DNA of 64,000 nucleotides from Bdellovibrionales bacterium. GTDB lineage: Bacteria; Bdellovibrionota; Bdellovibrionia; Bdellovibrionales; UBA1609. The stretch's first letter is position 1. Every line of letters begins with the position of its first letter. Both the position numbers and the translations under genes were made by a program. The notes under the pieces are model-generated. The model saw only the letters and a list, made by a program, of their open reading frames with translations. It had not been told where the DNA came from and did no database searches. Positions 55,073-64,000 of the stretch are shown piece by piece. The stretch is taken from the NCBI GenBank assembly GCA_050246815.1, contig JBFWVI010000001.1, positions 22,184-86,183 of the forward strand, read 5' to 3'.

Positions 55073-56556
55073 GGACCGCCCTTTTTTCGCCGTCCGGGCT
55101 GGCGCCCGGTGAACACCGGGTAGTCATTGGGCATTAAAGAATTATAATGCATCCACTCGTGGAATCCGCCTTTGAGCACATAAACTTTACGGTAACCCAG
55201 CTGAACCAACAGGACCGCAGCCTTGTGCGCACGGATGTCGTATTCGTTGCGCCCGTAAAGCACCAAAGCATTTTGTTTGTTGTAGGGGCGTGGTTTGATT
55301 AAACTTTCTTTGTTCGTGGCCAATCCGGCGGAGGTGTATGTGGGTGGCAAATACTTTTGAAAGCCGCGCTCATCCAGTTGTGTGCGCATTTGCAAATTTT
55401 CAGAACCACGCACGCTGGATTGTGAAAAGCGTAGGGGCGGCCGCACATCCAAAAAAATGGCATTTTGTCGCATCAGGGTCAGCGCCTGAGGGGCGTCAAT
55501 GGCCGTGGCCGTCGACGGAATTTCAGTGCTGAAAATAATTTTATTCCATTCGTCGTATCCGCCACGCAACCAAAATATCTTGGAATAATCCAGAGTGGCG
55601 ATCAGGCTAATGGCGTTGTAGCTGGCCAAGTCTCCGGGGCCGTTTGAGAAGACCACGAGCTGGGTGGATTTGTCTTTGGGCAGACGTTCGAGGTCAAACG
55701 ACGCGCCTTTTTTTAGCAGGGCTTCGGGGGACTGGATGTCCTCATTAAGGACTTCATAGTTACCTGGTTCAAGGGGGATCGCCTGTGGCAGGGAGCCGAG
55801 ACGATAATGGGTATTGGGGCGCACATCTACGATGCGATAGCGACTCAAGTTGGCGCGCAGTTCATCACTGGTGATATTTTTAGCGGCTGGGTGCTCGAGC
55901 GGGGCGCCATAGGTGGGCCGAGCCAAATTGCGGTCTTCCATGCGCAGTTTTACGACTAAAACTTGGCTCTGAAAAAGTTTATCTCGCATTTGAGCGCGTG
56001 AAAGTGCCGCCTGCTCATCTTGATTGCGCCGCAAAGTCTGTTTAAAGCGATTCACGACCCGCGCGATCTGAGGCGGCGGCATGTCTTTGAGGGTGTCACC
56101 TAAAATGCGATAGGGGACCAGCTTGATTTCAACAACACGCAGGCCCGCGATTTTTTCTCGATAAAAAACGGTCTTGTTGTTTTTGGTTCGACGAAAAACT
56201 TCGGCAGGATAAATTTTATTGCGCACCAAGCAGTCATTGTCTTCGATGCTCAGTTGGTAGGCGACCAGTCCTCGTGCCAGGCGTTGATACGAGTTCCAGG
56301 GAACACCCAACACGGAAGGGCTTTTTTTGTTGCGGTCGCAAGCTTCACTTTGTTGCAGTTCTTTGACTTTTAAAACCTCGGTGGCGTCTTTAGGGGTACG
56401 AGGGTTGACCGGATCGGGGCGTGCATTGGGGCGGGTGACCAGTGTCGCGGGATCGGCTCGTTTGGGCGCGTTTTTTTGTGTGGCTGTCATCACCATTTTG
56501 CCGACCACAAGCAACAACAGAATTCCGCCCAAAATACTCACAGTGCGCATATTCAT
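55069..56556 (-). CDS. membrane-anchored protein with two Cys-less rhodanese-like domains
   Basis: N-terminal TM helix. Rhodanese-like blocks IVDVRPNTHYRLGSLPQAI...VVFSNGPGDLASY and FLDVRPPLRFSQSSVRGSENL...LVLYGRNEYDIRAH...GGFHEW. Both active-site loop positions lack Cys. Confidence 0.65.
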   Translation of the reverse strand: MNMRTVSILGGILLLLVVGKMVMTATQKNAPKRADPATLVTRPNARPDPVNPRTPKDATEVLKVKELQQSEACDRNKKSPSVLGVPWNSYQRLARGLVAYQLSIEDNDCLVRNKIYPAEVFRRTKNNKTVFYREKIAGLRVVEIKLVPYRILGDTLKDMPPPQIARVVNRFKQTLRRNQDEQAALSRAQMRDKLFQSQVLVVKLRMEDRNLARPTYGAPLEHPAAKNITSDELRANLSRYRIVDVRPNTHYRLGSLPQAIPLEPGNYEVLNEDIQSPEALLKKGASFDLERLPKDKSTQLVVFSNGPGDLASYNAISLIATLDYSKIFWLRGGYDEWNKIIFSTEIPSTATAIDAPQALTLMRQNAIFLDVRPPLRFSQSSVRGSENLQMRTQLDERGFQKYLPPTYTSAGLATNKESLIKPRPYNKQNALVLYGRNEYDIRAHKAAVLLVQLGYRKVYVLKGGFHEWMHYNSLMPNDYPVFTGRQPGRRKKGGP

Positions 56557-56684
56557 GGTTCGGCGAAAGTCCTCTTTAGGTGATGCAAAAATAGACGCAC
56601 GATGCGATCAACCTTGCGAATATTCATAGCTTAATGTGATTTTGGGCAAAGCGCCATAGCACTTCGCCTAGACTTTAGGCTGAT

Positions 56685-57614
56685 TTAAAAATAGCTGCCA
56701 CAATTGGTGTCGTAAGACGGAAAGGCGGCATGAATTTCAAGCTGTCGAAGGTCCGAGCTGTAATAGATTTTAACCATAACGCCAATGGGGCCATCTTGAG
56801 CGGTGTATCGCGGATCATAGGGCGCGGGGTTACCCCAGCCGGGCGCATCAAAGTCAGGTTGGCGCCAGCGTGGGTCGATCGCGGGCAACCCGCTGGGCGG
56901 AACCACGGCGGCCATAGCGAAACCAGCTGTCAATAGGCTTAAGGGGCGACTAAAAAAGCGCGCCACTTGATAACCAATTTTTTCTTTCGCCGGGGCGGGC
57001 TCCAACTCCCAGTTTTGTCTTTCTTCGAGTCTTCGTTGCGCTTGAATGGTGCACCAGCTTGGCGGAGGGGCGGGTGGTAGAGGGCAGTTCGCGCCGCCCA
57101 CTTGGTCATAGTTGAACCGGATGAAGTTGATCGCCAACGTGCGATCAGCTTGCGCGTAGTTACCCAAGGCATCCACCGTCGTGATCGCAGGGTTGGCCAT
57201 CGAGCGAATCAACACCAAGTTGCGGGCGGCGTAGGCCGAAGCGATCGTGCCGGCAGTGTAAAGACGTGGTGGCGCAGTCAGATCCACGATCATAGTGTCG
57301 AGCGGGCCGCCGCCGGTGAGAGGTTTTGTGACCCAAGCAGGAAACGAAACGCTGTAGTTGGTTCCCGCGATGCCCAACTGAAAGCCGATGGTGCCGGTGC
57401 CCGAGATGGGGTTGAACACAGGTTTGTTGCGCGCGCGAAAGCAACTGGGTATTAATTTGACGGTGAAACGGTTCTGCATGCTTTGCGCACCGCCACTATA
57501 CGAGATATCATTGAAATTCGATGCCCCAGGCGCGAAGACTTTCACCTCAAGCGCATGGGCGGCAGGAGCCAGCACTGTCATCAGCAAGATAAGTATAAAT
57601 AATTTTTGTTTCAT
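56685..57614 (-). CDS. secreted hypothetical protein (last gene of pilin-like module B)
   Basis: 309 aa with signal peptide ...LAPAAHALE and a Pro-rich middle (CPLPPAPPPSWC). It ends ...CGSYF. Confidence 0.6.
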   Translation of the reverse strand: MKQKLFILILLMTVLAPAAHALEVKVFAPGASNFNDISYSGGAQSMQNRFTVKLIPSCFRARNKPVFNPISGTGTIGFQLGIAGTNYSVSFPAWVTKPLTGGGPLDTMIVDLTAPPRLYTAGTIASAYAARNLVLIRSMANPAITTVDALGNYAQADRTLAINFIRFNYDQVGGANCPLPPAPPPSWCTIQAQRRLEERQNWELEPAPAKEKIGYQVARFFSRPLSLLTAGFAMAAVVPPSGLPAIDPRWRQPDFDAPGWGNPAPYDPRYTAQDGPIGVMVKIYYSSDLRQLEIHAAFPSYDTNCGSYF

Positions 57615-57638
57615 GTCGTCCTCTTGCGTTCAAAATAC

Positions 57639-58619
57639 CTAATAATTAAATCTTAAATCGGCGGTTATTGTGGGAATCGAAAGTGTTTCTCGTCTAAAGA
57701 TAACTTGAGTTACGCCCACCGCGATAGGGGTGTCCAGGGTCCATGCGCCGGCCCGCCAGACCTGGCGCTGAAGTGTCATCCCGCCAGCCTGGGCTTGTCG
57801 TTGCAACAGGGCGCTGGCCGCCACCGCCTGCAGGCGATAGCGAATCAGCTGCACGCCGGCGACGAAGATAATTTGATTCGGGCTGCCTTGTGGCGGAGCG
57901 GTTCTAAAAAATGTGTCCAAGTTATTTAGCACGGCGCCGTTGACGGGGTGGGTGTTGCGGATCACACCACCGCCGGTGTCGGCGGGCAATCCGGCCCCAA
58001 CCACACGGCCGGTGTATATAGCGAAGCGGGGGGGCACGACCATGGCTGCGCCAGGTGCCCGAAGTGCCACCGGTGAATAGACCATCAGCATATTATTGGG
58101 GCGAAATAGGGCGTTATTGAGATTGTCCAAATAATTATTGCGGTTCAGGCTGCCGAAGGTCATGGTGCCAGGTAAGCTGACATTGCCGCTGGTGGTGTAG
58201 GTGTACGCATGTGTCGCATCGTAATAAACCGGCGGATCCGTGCGTTTGTCGAACAGTAAAAAGTTGATGCTTTCGCCGATGGCATTCAATGTCACGGTGC
58301 GGGTGCGGTTGGAGTCCGGGCCGGGAATCAGCTTGGAGGGGTAGTCGGGCAGTAAGTCGAAAAACTGCAAGCCATTGTCATCCAATTGGTTGACGTTGTT
58401 GAATGAGGCGCCTGCGTTAAGAAGATTTAGCCACACCGCGCGCTCGCCCAATGATTTTTCAGAAATGTCACTCAAGTCTTGGGCGGTTCGGAAGTAAGTT
58501 TCTTGCATCAAAATCAAGACGGTGAAAGCGGTGCTTAAGACAACTGTCAAAATGGCGATGACAATCGTCGTTTCGAGCAGCGAAAATCCAGATTGTGTCG
58601 AGCGTTTAAAGCATGCCAC
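57639..58619 (-). CDS. type IV prepilin-motif protein (PilW-sized minor pilin)
   Basis: KRSTQSG|FSLLETTIVIAILTVVL; 326 aa. Confidence 0.8.
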   Translation of the reverse strand: MACFKRSTQSGFSLLETTIVIAILTVVLSTAFTVLILMQETYFRTAQDLSDISEKSLGERAVWLNLLNAGASFNNVNQLDDNGLQFFDLLPDYPSKLIPGPDSNRTRTVTLNAIGESINFLLFDKRTDPPVYYDATHAYTYTTSGNVSLPGTMTFGSLNRNNYLDNLNNALFRPNNMLMVYSPVALRAPGAAMVVPPRFAIYTGRVVGAGLPADTGGGVIRNTHPVNGAVLNNLDTFFRTAPPQGSPNQIIFVAGVQLIRYRLQAVAASALLQRQAQAGGMTLQRQVWRAGAWTLDTPIAVGVTQVIFRRETLSIPTITADLRFNY

Positions 58620-58633
58620 GGTTATCTTTCCTC

Positions 58634-59116
58634 TTATTTGGGAACCACAATAAATTCATACCAAGCCTCCCCGCCAGTCAGGCTGGGGTTGGACATACGC
58701 ACTGTCGCCATATACATTCCGGCCCATCCAAAGATGGGGCGGATGGTGTAACCCATTCGTCCCGGGCAACCTGGGCAGCAAGGAGTCGGCGGTGGTGGGA
58801 CGACGGTGGCGTCGCAGGCCATCTCAACGCTGTCATTCCAGCGATAGGGCAAGTTGGCGTCGGCTAGCACGGTGTTGTTGTCAATCAGGGGCGAAGCGAA
58901 ATTTTTTTGGAAGACACTGTTGTCGGCTTGAATGTCGGCGGCCACGCTTTGTAAAATCTTTTCTTGCACGGTGCGGTTGACCACCCGGCGGCGCTCGTCC
59001 ATGGCAAAGGACACCATGAACATCATGGCGCTAAAAACCACGCTCAAGATACCGGTGGCCAGCATCAGCTCAATTAATGTGACGCCTGATTGTGAAGTCC
59101 AAGACCTATTTCTCAT
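58634..59116 (-). CDS. type IV prepilin-motif protein (PilV/FimT-sized minor pilin)
   Basis: WTSQSG|VTLIELMLATGILSVVF; 160 aa, with a Cys cluster PPPTPCCPGCPG. Confidence 0.8.
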   Translation of the reverse strand: MRNRSWTSQSGVTLIELMLATGILSVVFSAMMFMVSFAMDERRRVVNRTVQEKILQSVAADIQADNSVFQKNFASPLIDNNTVLADANLPYRWNDSVEMACDATVVPPPPTPCCPGCPGRMGYTIRPIFGWAGMYMATVRMSNPSLTGGEAWYEFIVVPK

Positions 59117-59136
59117 CCTTCATCCTTCATCCTTCA

Positions 59137-61713
59137 TTAATCACTCACGCGGGTAATTTCGCGCACCATGTAGCGCAGGGGCCTTCGTTTACAGCTCACA
59201 AAACTATCACCGCTGTTGATGCCGCAATCCGGATCAACGGTGGACCAGTTAAAAGCGTCCACCGACTGTGCGTAATAAAGCGGATTGCATTTTTGCTGGG
59301 TGGACATGTCGGCAATCGAGGCCGCCGGAGAAAATTCGGGCATCAGCAGTGCCACACCGCAAGCCGTGTAATTTTGGGTTGAAAGCAAGGGCAGGATGGT
59401 GCGCATGTCGTGGACGGCCTGACTGTGGCGCAACGAGCGCCAGCGAATGCCCGAGAACAGAGCCGTCTCGTCGATATTCGTGCGGCCGGCCATGATGGTG
59501 CCGTTGATTTCAAGTGGTGTGGCGCGCGGATCGATGATCAGTTCGTCACAGGCCAAAAGAGCGCTGACCCGATTGGCATTGCTGTCAATTCGGCAGCGGC
59601 CCACAATTCCGCGGGTGATAAAAGTGGTGTCGGTCGCGCCATTAAACAGCAGTTCGGGCACAGCCGGTCGAGGAAAGGGCGGCGGGTTGGTTTCAGCCGG
59701 ATCAAGCGGATTGAAGTTCCAGGAGTTGCGCGTGTTCGCTAAAAAATTGGAGGTTGTCCAGTTGGCCATGCCCAAGGCCGTGCCACGCGTGCTGTTAAAA
59801 GTTTCGCAGCGGGATTGAACGCTGGCGTAATCCACGGCGGGAGAAGCAGGCCCATTGGTGAATGGGCTTGCCGCCGGTGGCAACGCAGCACCGGGACCGG
59901 AGCATGCCGAGCCTTTGACATAAGTGGTGCCAAGCGCCGGTGGCAGCGGTACGGGCAACACGCCTGCGCACGGTTCTGCGTGCAGCACTTGGTGCGAGTC
60001 ATTGCCGGTTAAAGGGCTATTGTAGGGCACGGGCTGCAAACCCACCCCGACGACCGGGATGAATTGAAAGTTACTTTCGCGTAAAAAGTTACTGTCGAAT
60101 GAATCGATTGCGACATCTGATTTGCGGCGATCGGCCGCGTTGTGTGTGCCGTAGTCATAAGCCTTAAAATAAATGCGAATCGGACTTGGTATGGCGGAAT
60201 AGTCTCCGCCGGCGTCGACACTCACCACCAATTGCGCCTGATTGGGTTGCGGCAAGCCGAAGGCCACCACCGGACGAAGCGCGATTCGAATCGTGGGATG
60301 GTTGCGAGGTGGCACGGGATCGATGAAGGTGGCACTGATTTCGCCATCCATCGAAATTCGAGCTTGAATGAAATTCAAGCTCAAGGCGCCAAAAGAAGCG
60401 TAAACGTACCCCACCGCCGCATTGTTGTCGGAAGTGTCAGGTGCCACCCGCCATCCGCCATTTTCGGGGGGCGCGGGCGCGCCCGGGGCAAATGAGCGTG
60501 TGATAATGTTCGCGCGCTGTCGCTGGGGGTTGAAAGCATTGTTGCCACCCAAAGTGAGTTTGTAAGTCACGCTGGCGGCGGCTCCAAAAGGAGCAGTGCC
60601 TTGCTGCACGTAAAGGGGAGAAGCTTTTGTGATGGTCAGATCGCTCTTTGAAGCCAAATAATCGCGACACTCCGATAAATTGGTGTCAACCGGGGGCGGT
60701 GGGGCGATCTGACCCGTGAAAACTTCAAGGCCGCGATCCGAGCCCTCGTCAATTTCAATGCCACGTAAAAATCCGCCGATGCCGCTGATTTGATCATAGG
60801 TGCGACTGGCCTGCCCCCCCGGGGTGGTGGGACTCATCAGCGCACCGCCGTCAAACAGACGGCCATCACCGATCACCACGCGTTGCGCGAAAGTGACAGG
60901 GGAGTAGGGCGGATCCGCCGATGCCGAAGTGATGGGCACATGGACGTTTCGATTGACGAACACCGGACTTTCAAAAACCAAACCTGTGCCCGAGGCCGAG
61001 CGGGCCCCGAAGCGAAAGAAATTGGCATCACCATTGGCTGAAGCGGTGGATGCCAAATCCATGCGCAAATCACGAGGCACAATCAACGCGAACTGATTCA
61101 ACTGTCTGGGGAATACGATCACGGTGCTAGTGGCGGTCAAGGCGGTCAAACCACGGAACAAGGAAGTGGTTGAATTCAAAGTCACACGGATACCGACAAC
61201 TGCTTCTTCACCATGTTGGGGCACGAAGACATTGGTGACGCGCCACATTTGAAAGTCGATTGAAGTGAACACGGCCGATTGGGCGGGCTGAATAGCGCGA
61301 AATAAGGGGTGCACGTTGGTGATGTTGGCGATCGGCAAATTGATGTTGATGTTCGGGATGCGAAAAGGAGGAGTGGCGGGAAATGCCGGGTTGTCCGCCA
61401 CGATCTCACCAAGAGAACGGGATACGTTGTCGCTCATGATCAATCGCTCTGCGCTTGCCAGATGATTCCAAGTGCACGGCTCAGAAAGCATGAGGGCAGA
61501 AAAGCACCAACGCTGTTTGATGCCATAAATTGAATAGTCCAACAAGCTGTCCAAAACGGTGCGGTAGCGAACCATGTCACGGGAAATCGCGGTCTGCCGG
61601 TTGGCGACTTCGATCAACTGAATCAGGGCGGAAAGTAAAATCGTAGAGACGGCAAGAATGCCGAGGACAAGAACAAGAACGCTACCTTGCTTTTGTTTCA
61701 ATCTCACGGTCAC
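59137..61713 (-). CDS. large (858 aa) PilX_N-type pilin-like protein, putative pilus-tip/adhesin component
   Basis: KQKQGSVLVLVLGILAVSTILLSALIQL is a PilX_N-like N-terminus. No motif is recognised in the remainder. GTG 61707 after AAGAGG is an alternative start. Confidence 0.75.
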   Translation of the reverse strand: MTVRLKQKQGSVLVLVLGILAVSTILLSALIQLIEVANRQTAISRDMVRYRTVLDSLLDYSIYGIKQRWCFSALMLSEPCTWNHLASAERLIMSDNVSRSLGEIVADNPAFPATPPFRIPNININLPIANITNVHPLFRAIQPAQSAVFTSIDFQMWRVTNVFVPQHGEEAVVGIRVTLNSTTSLFRGLTALTATSTVIVFPRQLNQFALIVPRDLRMDLASTASANGDANFFRFGARSASGTGLVFESPVFVNRNVHVPITSASADPPYSPVTFAQRVVIGDGRLFDGGALMSPTTPGGQASRTYDQISGIGGFLRGIEIDEGSDRGLEVFTGQIAPPPPVDTNLSECRDYLASKSDLTITKASPLYVQQGTAPFGAAASVTYKLTLGGNNAFNPQRQRANIITRSFAPGAPAPPENGGWRVAPDTSDNNAAVGYVYASFGALSLNFIQARISMDGEISATFIDPVPPRNHPTIRIALRPVVAFGLPQPNQAQLVVSVDAGGDYSAIPSPIRIYFKAYDYGTHNAADRRKSDVAIDSFDSNFLRESNFQFIPVVGVGLQPVPYNSPLTGNDSHQVLHAEPCAGVLPVPLPPALGTTYVKGSACSGPGAALPPAASPFTNGPASPAVDYASVQSRCETFNSTRGTALGMANWTTSNFLANTRNSWNFNPLDPAETNPPPFPRPAVPELLFNGATDTTFITRGIVGRCRIDSNANRVSALLACDELIIDPRATPLEINGTIMAGRTNIDETALFSGIRWRSLRHSQAVHDMRTILPLLSTQNYTACGVALLMPEFSPAASIADMSTQQKCNPLYYAQSVDAFNWSTVDPDCGINSGDSFVSCKRRPLRYMVREITRVSD

Positions 61714-61950
61714 CTCTTACGCACAGATAGATCAGACTGAGATTTCGAAGATATATATTGATGATAAAGTGAGCTTTGGGTTAATTCAAATTCCCAAAGT
61801 GAAAAGGCTCGATTTCGTATCAAATTGAGTCAGTGAGGCTGAAGTTCGACTCAAGTCCGGCTCAGGCCCGACTTAAGTTCAGCTTGATCGGTCTTTGTTT
61901 GAGACAGCAAGGTGCATTGTGCGCGTTTTTAAGGTGTGTGAGGTTGATTT

Positions 61951-62724
61951 TTGAGCGATTCAATTTTGCATGTTTACAAAAAATATCTGCCCGAGGGGGC
62001 TCGACTTCAAAATCAAGTCAGAGGCTTTGCCACGCTGACGGTCTTAAGCGACCCGCACCAACCGCTTGGTTTTGGTTGGCATCAGGATTCGCGTTTGGCC
62101 AGCCTGATGGCGATTGGGCACCACTTGCGCCGCCGCCTACCCGAGCTTTTGGCCTTACCCATGATGCCAAATGGATCCTGGGCTTACGCCGTTCAACGTG
62201 CGGACGCGCGAACCGCTAGCATTTTGCGGGCGGTGAAGGCTTGGGCCCTGAACCACGTGCGCGGGCATCAGCCAATTTTAAAAACGCAAAACATCACGGA
62301 TGTTTTACCGCTTGAAACGTTACGGGAGTGGTTGCCAGATGCAAAACAAGCCTGGGGCTGGGGCGCACCCATTTCATTTTTTGAGGCCGAGGCTGGTATT
62401 ATGCATCTGCAGTTTGGCCTGCTGATGGTCGAGGATGGCCAAGGTTTGGCGCATTTGGCCAGTGGCGTCAGTATGAATAATGACTCGCCGTGGATTCAGG
62501 CTTTGATGGAGCTGTGGTGGCAGCGCCAGGGGTTGCAAAAAAATCGAAATAACGATTTGATCGTTCGCCTTATGACCAGTTCGGGCACTTTGCCTTGGCC
62601 GGGGCTCAGGATCAACATGATCCAAGGCTATGATCTGGCGCAAATTCCCGGAGATTTGCCAGGGCATTTGTGGTGTGCATCCGCCGAAGGTGGGGAGAAT
62701 GAACAGGCACCCACCTTCAACTAG
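61951..62724 (+). CDS. hypothetical cytoplasmic protein
   Basis: 257 aa with a TTG start. No motif recognised. Confidence 0.45.
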   Translation: MSDSILHVYKKYLPEGARLQNQVRGFATLTVLSDPHQPLGFGWHQDSRLASLMAIGHHLRRRLPELLALPMMPNGSWAYAVQRADARTASILRAVKAWALNHVRGHQPILKTQNITDVLPLETLREWLPDAKQAWGWGAPISFFEAEAGIMHLQFGLLMVEDGQGLAHLASGVSMNNDSPWIQALMELWWQRQGLQKNRNNDLIVRLMTSSGTLPWPGLRINMIQGYDLAQIPGDLPGHLWCASAEGGENEQAPTFN

Positions 62725-62761
62725 GTAAGACGGGCTCGAAACGATTTGAACGTGAGGGGTT

Positions 62762-64000
62762 ATGCAAGAAATTTTTTTTCCCGCACTCAGTGGTGCATTG
62801 GCAGGTGCGTTGGCTGTCACCGTTTGGCGACTGCGGCAATTGTCGCGTGAGAATGTCGAGCTGTCCACAGCGCGTGGGCAAAGCGAGCAGCGCGCCGTCA
62901 GTGCCGAAGCGCAAAACCTGAATTTGCATAAGCAGCTGCAAGATCAATTCCAAAACCTTGAACAAACCAAACGGCAACTGCACACCGAATTCGAAAATCA
63001 ACACCGTCGTTTTTTGGAGGAAAGCCAAGAGCGAATGCAGCGTTGGTCGAAGGACTCCTTTCAGACTTTGGTTCAGCCGGTGGATCAGGAGCTGAAGCTG
63101 CTGCAAAAGCGCATCCACGAAGTTTATGACATCGAATCGCGCGAACGCTTGTCATTGAAAAATGAAATCGAATTTATGGTCAAAGCCCAAGGGCAGTTGA
63201 GTCTTGAAGCCCAATCGCTGACACAGGCTTTGCGTGGTGACTCGCGCGCCCAAGGCCATTGGGGTGAGATTGTTTTAGAGCGTATTTTGGAATCTTCGGG
63301 ACTGCGCGAAGGCGAAGAATTTGTGGTGCAGGGGCGTGGCATGGGCCTGAAGTCCGAAGAAGGTCAAACTCGCAAGCCCGACGTTTTGGTGCGTCTGCCC
63401 GGTGATCGCCACTTGATTATTGATTCGAAGGTCTCCCTGACCAATTATGAACAGCATTTGCGGGCGCAGAACGAAACTGAGCGCCAAGAGCAACTTGATG
63501 AATTCTTACGCTCAATTCGCCGTCATTTAGACGATCTGTCGGCAAAAAACTATAGCCAGCTTTATGGCGTTAATTCGCCCGATTTTGTATTGCTGTTCAT
63601 GCCGACGGACGGTGCCTTCAGTCTGGCTCATCAAGCGGACCCGAATCTATTTATCTTGGCCATGGAAAAGCGGGTGGCGATTGTGTCGCCATCCTTGCTG
63701 TTTCCAAACTTGCGTACGGTGGAGGCCATCTGGCGTCAAGAGCGACAAAATCGCAATGCTGAAGAGATCGCCCGTCAAGCCGGCGGCCTTTATGACAAAT
63801 TTGCTGGTTTGCTAGAGGATTTGGAATTGTTGAGCACCCACTTGCGCCGCGCCGACGAAACACGCGAAGCGCTGATGGGCAAACTCAAAGAGGGGCGAGG
63901 CAATTTATTGGATCGCGTGGAAAAATTAAGAACCTTGGGTGCGCGCACAAAAAAACGTCTGCTGGCCGAGGCAGACGCCCCGGCCGAGACAGATAGTTCA
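62762..64000 (+). CDS. rmuC: DNA recombination protein RmuC (3' end outside window)
   Basis: The frame is open from ATG 62762 to the window edge, so it is absent from the ORF track. It has an N-terminal TM helix, a coiled coil, and the RmuC signature ALRGDSRAQGHWGEIVLERILESSGLREG...KPDVLVRLPGDRHLIIDSK. Confidence 0.85.
   Translation, partial: MQEIFFPALSGALAGALAVTVWRLRQLSRENVELSTARGQSEQRAVSAEAQNLNLHKQLQDQFQNLEQTKRQLHTEFENQHRRFLEESQERMQRWSKDSFQTLVQPVDQELKLLQKRIHEVYDIESRERLSLKNEIEFMVKAQGQLSLEAQSLTQALRGDSRAQGHWGEIVLERILESSGLREGEEFVVQGRGMGLKSEEGQTRKPDVLVRLPGDRHLIIDSKVSLTNYEQHLRAQNETERQEQLDEFLRSIRRHLDDLSAKNYSQLYGVNSPDFVLLFMPTDGAFSLAHQADPNLFILAMEKRVAIVSPSLLFPNLRTVEAIWRQERQNRNAEEIARQAGGLYDKFAGLLEDLELLSTHLRRADETREALMGKLKEGRGNLLDRVEKLRTLGARTKKRLLAEADAPAETDSS

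Noticed and set aside
1-64000. tRNA/rRNA genes, CRISPR arrays, transposases, integrases, and toxin-antitoxin or known defence-system genes
   Set aside because: Intergenic regions were scanned by eye for T-loop-like GGTTCGA motifs and regularly spaced repeats, and none was found. No ORF shows recombinase, nuclease-defence or reverse-transcriptase motifs.

Overview
The window is a gene-dense chromosomal segment of roughly 50-55% GC (estimated by eye). It most plausibly comes from a Gram-negative, Bdellovibrio-like bacterium; that guess rests only on the many signal-peptide 'hypothetical' proteins and pilin-like genes. I found no rRNA, tRNA, CRISPR array, transposase, integrase or phage gene. 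Confident housekeeping genes: hutH (3' fragment), hutU, hutI, glpK, a PlsC-family acyltransferase, radA, an Slt-type lytic transglycosylase, an Opp/Dpp-like binding protein with two permeases, glutaryl-CoA dehydrogenase, ychF, pth, L25/Ctc, prs, rdgB, rph, an Amidase_3 amidase, a CysK/CBS-like enzyme, feoAB, a TolC-family protein and rmuC (5' part). Accessory content worth attention: (1) two separate three-gene type IV pilin-like modules, each a large PilX_N-type protein followed by two prepilin-motif proteins (2.7-5.7 kb, which splits the hut genes, and 56.7-61.7 kb); (2) next to the second module, a strand-alternating Dlt-like set of adenylating ligase, 78-aa carrier protein, degenerate SGNH/DltD-like protein and MBOAT, plus a Cys-less tandem-rhodanese protein; (3) an operon of diheme lipoprotein cytochrome c, YceI and an outer-membrane protein with an N-terminal CXXCH and a Cyc2-like architecture; (4) an ApbE / FMN-binding / 4-TM His-rich membrane protein / beta-barrel cluster; (5) a fused E1 alpha-beta dehydrogenase with an AT-domain protein and a thioesterase but no E2. 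All functional calls come from motif reading only; no searches were run.
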